Positions 54,298-55,092 of a stretch of 55,092 nucleotides of DNA are shown in pieces. The notes under the pieces were generated by a model. The model made no database searches and was not told where the DNA came from. It saw only the letters and a list, made by a program, of their open reading frames with translations. The DNA is from a virus. Taxonomy: Duplodnaviria > Caudoviricetes. Made by a program: the position numbers and the translations under genes. The first letter of the stretch is position 1, and each line of letters begins with the position of its first letter. The DNA lies in the IMG/VR virus record IMGVR_UViG_3300037882_003063, positions 1 through 55,092 of that record, one strand, 5' to 3'.

Positions 54298-55092
54298 TCA
54301 CGAAACAATTGTGTTTCGACACAGGGTAATGCTCATGTCAAACCCGCTTTCGGCGCTTATGTTGCCGCCTATCTCACGAATAATATACAGCCCTTTAACC
54401 TTATCGGGTACTCGAGCGCCTTGGAGTTGAATCTCTTCGCCCACGAAAATGCTTGGTAGCCCGTGCATACTGACCGTCACGACCTGAAACTTCAACTGTT
54501 GCAAAGCAAGGGACTCTAAGGCTTTACGTTTAGCGTCAAGGGTCGAGGTTGAGCCGCCCGTAACAATGCGTTTGACTTTACCAGAGCCGTAACCGTTAGC
54601 GATTAGCTCACTTACTTTTTTAGAAGCGAAGTTTGCCGCTCCATCAGCAACGCCCGTGCTTGGCTTGGTCGGCGCTTGTGTGGCTGTGACGGTTGCACTT
54701 ACGCCACTTGATACAAGGTTGCCCCCAACGTTTTGAGTGACCGTTTTTGGTTTTGGTGTATCAGTAACCCTCACTTCGTCAGCTAAGTCCTCTGGTTTTG
54801 CAATAACAGTGAATCGCCTACCGCCCTCGATTCCAGTTACAACGACCTCACTGGGAATTTCATACAAGGAGCTTCTGACCGAAAGTTTGCCTACGTTAGA
54901 AGCGACATTTTCAATCAAGCCACTTACATTCTTAGCCCGAAACTCACCGTAAACCAATAGGGCGCGTGGTCGTTTGCCTATTTCAATACCAGCACCAATA
55001 AAAATTTCTGACCCGTCTCGAGTTTCCGTTACAACGTAACCAATTTCTTTGGCAAGTTTAACTAAAAAAGTCCAGTCGTCTTGCCCTGTTTG
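54298..55092 (-). CDS. Baseplate hub protein, 3' part (continues from 1299..1)
   Basis: C-terminal GLPSIFVGEEIQL...GLYII..I...GF pattern; same frame across the overlap. Confidence 0.85.
   Translation of the reverse strand, partial: QTGQDDWTFLVKLAKEIGYVVTETRDGSEIFIGAGIEIGKRPRALLVYGEFRAKNVSGLIENVASNVGKLSVRSSLYEIPSEVVVTGIEGGRRFTVIAKPEDLADEVRVTDTPKPKTVTQNVGGNLVSSGVSATVTATQAPTKPSTGVADGAANFASKKVSELIANGYGSGKVKRIVTGGSTSTLDAKRKALESLALQQLKFQVVTVSMHGLPSIFVGEEIQLQGARVPDKVKGLYIIREIGGNISAESGFDMSITLCRNTIVS

Larger units (their letters stand above)
8068..54306. repeat. Dispersed 15-bp palindrome GTTTCGT(G/C)ACGAAAC, at least 18 copies
   Basis: Starts at 8068, 11097, 14676, 18760, 19650, 20193, 24728, 27244, 30118, 33475, 36888, 37856, 39376, 42155, 43793, 49674, 51937, 54292. 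Copies at 14676, 18760, 42155 and 51937 have one mismatch. Confidence 0.95.

Noticed and set aside
8068-54306. 15-bp palindrome as a CRISPR repeat
   Set aside because: Too short, dispersed at kb distances, no regular spacers and no cas genes.
54994-55092. 99-bp terminal repeat as a biological DTR
   Set aside because: It falls mid-gene and its length matches a typical assembler k-mer; best read as circular overlap.

Overview
The window is one complete, circularly assembled ~55.0 kb tailed-phage genome: bases 1-99 repeat exactly at 54994-55092. It has a contractile tail (sheath, tube, baseplate J/I). Almost all genes lie on the minus strand: terminase, portal, head, tail, baseplate, fibres, lysis, an XRE regulator, an ERF recombinase, an initiator with iterons, DnaB, nucleases, and a histone-H1-like / PAPS-reductase-like / ParB-N module. 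I found no integrase, ParA, DNA polymerase, tRNA or CRISPR array. Most of the unusual signal is non-coding. (1) Three homologous ~290-bp bidirectional promoter cassettes are each bounded by 27-28 bp inverted arms, drive two divergent operons of small unknown genes, and account for every plus-strand gene; one cassette is a mosaic of the other two. (2) At least 18 copies of a 15-bp parS-like palindrome GTTTCGT(G/C)ACGAAAC sit at RBSs, promoters, terminators and inside genes. (3) Four copies of a covarying, H-type-pseudoknot-like element lie between stop codons and RBSs in the accessory operons. (4) CTCGAG is strongly over-represented while GATC, GGCC and CCGG are nearly absent. (5) Several candidate small RNAs are bounded by promoters and terminators. 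Leaderless starts and the CTCGAG bias tentatively suggest a Deinococcota host (inference). All product calls come from motifs and synteny read by eye; no database search was run.
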